Source: Escherichia coli (GTDB taxonomy: Bacteria > Pseudomonadota > Gammaproteobacteria > Enterobacterales > Enterobacteriaceae). Taken from it: a DNA stretch of 64,000 bases. Each line of letters opens with the position of its first letter. Position 1 is the first letter of the stretch. The stretch is from NCBI RefSeq assembly GCF_046105845.1, contig NZ_CP151004.1; one strand, written 5' to 3'. Positions 61,159 to 64,000 of the stretch are shown here, piece after piece. The translations under genes and the position numbers were made by a program. The notes under the pieces are model-generated. The model made no database searches, was not told where the DNA came from, and saw only the letters and a list, made by a program, of their open reading frames with translations.

Positions 61159-62073
61159 ATGAGTCGTTCACAAAATTTACGCCACAATGTGATTAACCAG
61201 GTCATTGATGATATGGCGCGGGGTCATATCCCTTCCCCACTTCCATCGCAAAGTGCGCTGGCGGAAATGTACAACATCAGCCGCACTACAGTGCGTCATA
61301 TTCTCAGCCACTTACGCGAATGCGGCGTCTTAACGCAGGTTGGAAACGACTATGTTATTGCGCGTAAACCTGACCATGATGACGGTTTCGCCTGTACTAC
61401 CGCTTCAATGAGTGAACAAAACAAAGTGTTTGAGCAGGCTTTTTTCACGATGATAAACCAGCGCCAGTTACGCCCTGGGGAAACTTTTTCTGAACTGCAA
61501 CTGGCTCGGGCCGCGGGTGTCAGCCCGGTTGTAGTAAGAGAATATCTTTTAAAATTCGGCCGTTATAATCTTATTCAAAGCGAAAAGCGCGGCCAGTGGA
61601 GCATGAAGCAATTCGATCAATCCTACGCTGAGCAGCTGTTTGAGCTACGCGAAATGCTCGAAACTCATTCACTTCAGCACTTTCTCAACCTGCCTGATCA
61701 TGATCCTCGCTGGCTGCAGGCGAAAACCATGCTCGAACGTCATCGGCTACTGCGTGACAACATCGGCAATAGCTTTCGCATGTTCTCGCAACTTGACAGA
61801 GATTTTCACTCCTTACTGCTTTCAGCTGCCGACAATATCTTTTTTGATCAATCGCTTGAGATCATCTCAGTCATCTTTCATTTTCACTATCAATGGGACG
61901 AAAGCGATCTTAAACAGCGCAATATCATTGCCGTCGATGAGCATATGACCATTCTCAGCGCTCTGATTTGCCGCAGTGACCTTGATGCCACCCTTGCGCT
62001 CCGTAACCATTTGAATTCAGCTAAACAATCAATGATTCGATCCATTAATGAGAACACGCGTTATGCTCATTAA
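61159..62073 (+). CDS. lgoR: GntR-family regulator LgoR (YjjM)
   Basis: 304 aa, N-terminal GntR HTH ...SQSALAEMYNISRTTVRHIL. Confidence 0.85.
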   Translation: MSRSQNLRHNVINQVIDDMARGHIPSPLPSQSALAEMYNISRTTVRHILSHLRECGVLTQVGNDYVIARKPDHDDGFACTTASMSEQNKVFEQAFFTMINQRQLRPGETFSELQLARAAGVSPVVVREYLLKFGRYNLIQSEKRGQWSMKQFDQSYAEQLFELREMLETHSLQHFLNLPDHDPRWLQAKTMLERHRLLRDNIGNSFRMFSQLDRDFHSLLLSAADNIFFDQSLEIISVIFHFHYQWDESDLKQRNIIAVDEHMTILSALICRSDLDATLALRNHLNSAKQSMIRSINENTRYAH

Positions 62074-62287
62074 GTACGGATTAAAAACAGCAAACTATTA
62101 GCGGGTGCACGGTTTTATCAAAAGATAAATACCGGGAAATTCCCGCTTACCTATGCTCACAATCAGTCGACTAAAAATGTTTTTGTGAGCGGTAGTAAAG
62201 TCCTAAAACTTTAACCTGCCGTTAATGTCAACCTTGCGTAATGCACAATTACGTAAACAATTAAAATTATAAATACAGGAGTCCGGC

Positions 62288-63649
62288 GTGGAAAAAGAAA
62301 ATATCACCCTCGATCCGCGTTCTTCATTTACTCCATCTTCGTCGGCAGATATTCCCGTGCCACCAGATGGATTAGTTCAACGCAGTACCCGAATTAAACG
62401 CATTCAAACCACCGCCATGTTGTTATTATTTTTTGCGGCGGTAATCAATTATCTCGACCGCAGTTCGCTGTCGGTAGCAAATTTAACGATTCGTGAAGAA
62501 TTGGGATTAAGTGCCACCGAAATCGGCGCTTTGCTCTCCGTGTTTTCACTCGCTTACGGGATTGCGCAACTTCCTTGCGGCCCACTATTGGATCGTAAAG
62601 GCCCACGCCTGATGCTGGGACTGGGGATGTTCTTCTGGTCACTGTTCCAGGCCATGTCTGGCATGGTGCACAGCTTTACGCAGTTCGTGTTGGTGCGTAT
62701 CGGTATGGGAATTGGTGAAGCGCCGATGAACCCATGCGGTGTAAAAGTCATTAACGACTGGTTCAACATCAAAGAGCGCGGACGCCCGATGGGCTTCTTC
62801 AACGCAGCTTCTACCATTGGCGTTGCCGTAAGCCCACCGATTCTGGCGGCGATGATGCTGGTGATGGGCTGGCGCGGGATGTTTATTACCATTGGTGTAC
62901 TGGGGATTTTTCTCGCCATCGGCTGGTATATGCTCTATCGCAACCGCGAGCACGTAGAACTGACTGCCGTTGAACAAGCTTATCTCAATGCAGGTAGCGT
63001 CAATGCCCGCCGAGATCCGCTCAGTTTTGCCGAATGGCGCAGCCTGTTCCGTAACCGCACAATGTGGGGAATGATGCTCGGATTCAGTGGCATCAACTAC
63101 ACTGCGTGGCTGTATCTGGCCTGGCTTCCTGGTTACCTGCAAACAGCCTATAACCTGGATTTAAAAAGCACAGGGTTGATGGCGGCTATCCCTTTCCTGT
63201 TTGGGGCTGCCGGGATGCTGGTCAACGGTTACGTTACTGACTGGCTGGTCAAAGGGGGAATGGCTCCGATTAAAAGCCGTAAGATCTGCATTATTGCCGG
63301 GATGTTCTGTTCTGCCGCCTTTACGCTGGTCGTACCGCAAGCGACAACATCCATGACGGCGGTTCTGCTGATTGGCATGGCACTGTTCTGTATTCACTTT
63401 GCCGGAACATCCTGCTGGGGCTTGATCCACGTCGCAGTTGCTTCTCGCATGACGGCATCGGTGGGCAGTATCCAGAACTTTGCCAGCTTCATCTGCGCCT
63501 CTTTCGCGCCGATCATTACTGGTTTTATTGTTGATACCACCCACTCATTCCGTCTGGCACTAATCATCTGCGGTTGCGTCACTGCAGCGGGGGCACTGGC
63601 GTACATCTTCCTGGTTCGTCAGCCGATCAACGACCCGCGTAAAGATTAA
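62288..63649 (+). CDS. lgoT: L-galactonate:H+ symporter (MFS)
   Basis: 453 aa with about 12 transmembrane segments. Confidence 0.85.
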   Translation: MEKENITLDPRSSFTPSSSADIPVPPDGLVQRSTRIKRIQTTAMLLLFFAAVINYLDRSSLSVANLTIREELGLSATEIGALLSVFSLAYGIAQLPCGPLLDRKGPRLMLGLGMFFWSLFQAMSGMVHSFTQFVLVRIGMGIGEAPMNPCGVKVINDWFNIKERGRPMGFFNAASTIGVAVSPPILAAMMLVMGWRGMFITIGVLGIFLAIGWYMLYRNREHVELTAVEQAYLNAGSVNARRDPLSFAEWRSLFRNRTMWGMMLGFSGINYTAWLYLAWLPGYLQTAYNLDLKSTGLMAAIPFLFGAAGMLVNGYVTDWLVKGGMAPIKSRKICIIAGMFCSAAFTLVVPQATTSMTAVLLIGMALFCIHFAGTSCWGLIHVAVASRMTASVGSIQNFASFICASFAPIITGFIVDTTHSFRLALIICGCVTAAGALAYIFLVRQPINDPRKD

Positions 63650-63658
63650 ACTCCCTAT

Positions 63659-63691
63659 GCCCGATAACATTTTGCTTATCGGGCATTTTTA
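63659..63691. terminator. Bidirectional rho-independent terminator between lgoT and tsr
   Basis: GCCCGATAA-cattttgc-TTATCGGGC followed by ATTTTTA. Confidence 0.65.
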
Positions 63692-63697
63692 TGGCGA

Positions 63698-64000
63698 TTA
63701 AAACGTTTCCCAATTCTCGCCGCTATCTGCCACGGCCATTTTACGCGGCGTAGCTGGCGTCACGGTTTTTACTACAGCCGATGTTTCACGCTGCTGTTGC
63801 TGCTGTTGCTGAATCCGGAACACTGCCACAGCTTCGGTCAGGCGACTGGCCTGCTCTTCCAGCGCGGCGGCGGCGGCGGCAGATTCTTCCACCAGCGCGG
63901 CGTTCTGTTGAGTTACCCGGTCCATCTCAGCAACCGCTAAGCCAACCTGATCGATACCACGGCTCTGCTCATCAGAAGCAGAAGCAATTTCGCCCATAAT
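63698..64000 (-). CDS. tsr: Methyl-accepting chemotaxis protein Tsr, C-terminal part (5' end beyond window)
   Basis: Ends ...[40 protein letters not shown] with the NWETF pentapeptide. Confidence 0.85.
   Translation of the reverse strand: MMGEIASASDEQSRGIDQVGLAVAEMDRVTQQNAALVEESAAAAAALEEQASRLTEAVAVFRIQQQQQQQRETSAVVKTVTPATPRKMAVADSGENWETF

Overview
This window reads as an Escherichia coli chromosome segment (the prfC / yjjG-rimI-holD-rsmC / leuQPV / fhuF / bglJ-yjjQ / dnaTC / opgB / lgoDRT / tsr neighbourhood) carrying two juxtaposed prophages. (1) Positions 1 to ~28310 are the int-proximal ~28 kb of a P2/186-like myovirus prophage whose tail-sheath gene runs off the window start. It encodes the P2 late set (FI, H, G, baseplate I/J/W/V, S, R, lysis cassette, X, L, M, N, O, P, Q), a cos-like site, a LexA-boxed Tum/DinI-like antirepressor operon, replication gene A, a Dam methylase, and a 186-type switch (cII, apl, cI) ending in int. 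It carries three accessory insertions: a Gin-like invertase with an invertible tail-fibre segment between G and FI, a KAP-like P-loop NTPase between cos and the portal gene, and, inside the lysogeny operon between cI and int, a CI paralogue with a duplicated DNA-binding domain followed by a classic KAP-family NTPase. The last is my best candidate for an undescribed lysogen-expressed defence or exclusion module. (2) Positions ~28310 to ~47600 are a Qin/Rac-like lambdoid element lacking structural genes: gns and csp cold-shock paralogues, holin/YdfR/lysozyme/Rz/Rz1, Q antiterminator, YdfU, KilA-N, RusA, an O-like initiator with internal iterons and a DnaT-like C-terminal tail, cro/cI, a YfdPQRST-like early-left operon, xis, an AT-rich orphan gene and a P4-type integrase. 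Its int-side junction lies inside the 5' end of prfC, leaving a 24-codon prfC stub. The remaining ~16 kb is conserved core genome with three tandem tRNA-Leu(CAG) genes, Fur boxes at fhuF/yjjZ and REP elements. All calls come from reading translations and motifs by eye; no database search was run, and gene boundaries are approximate where start codons are ambiguous.
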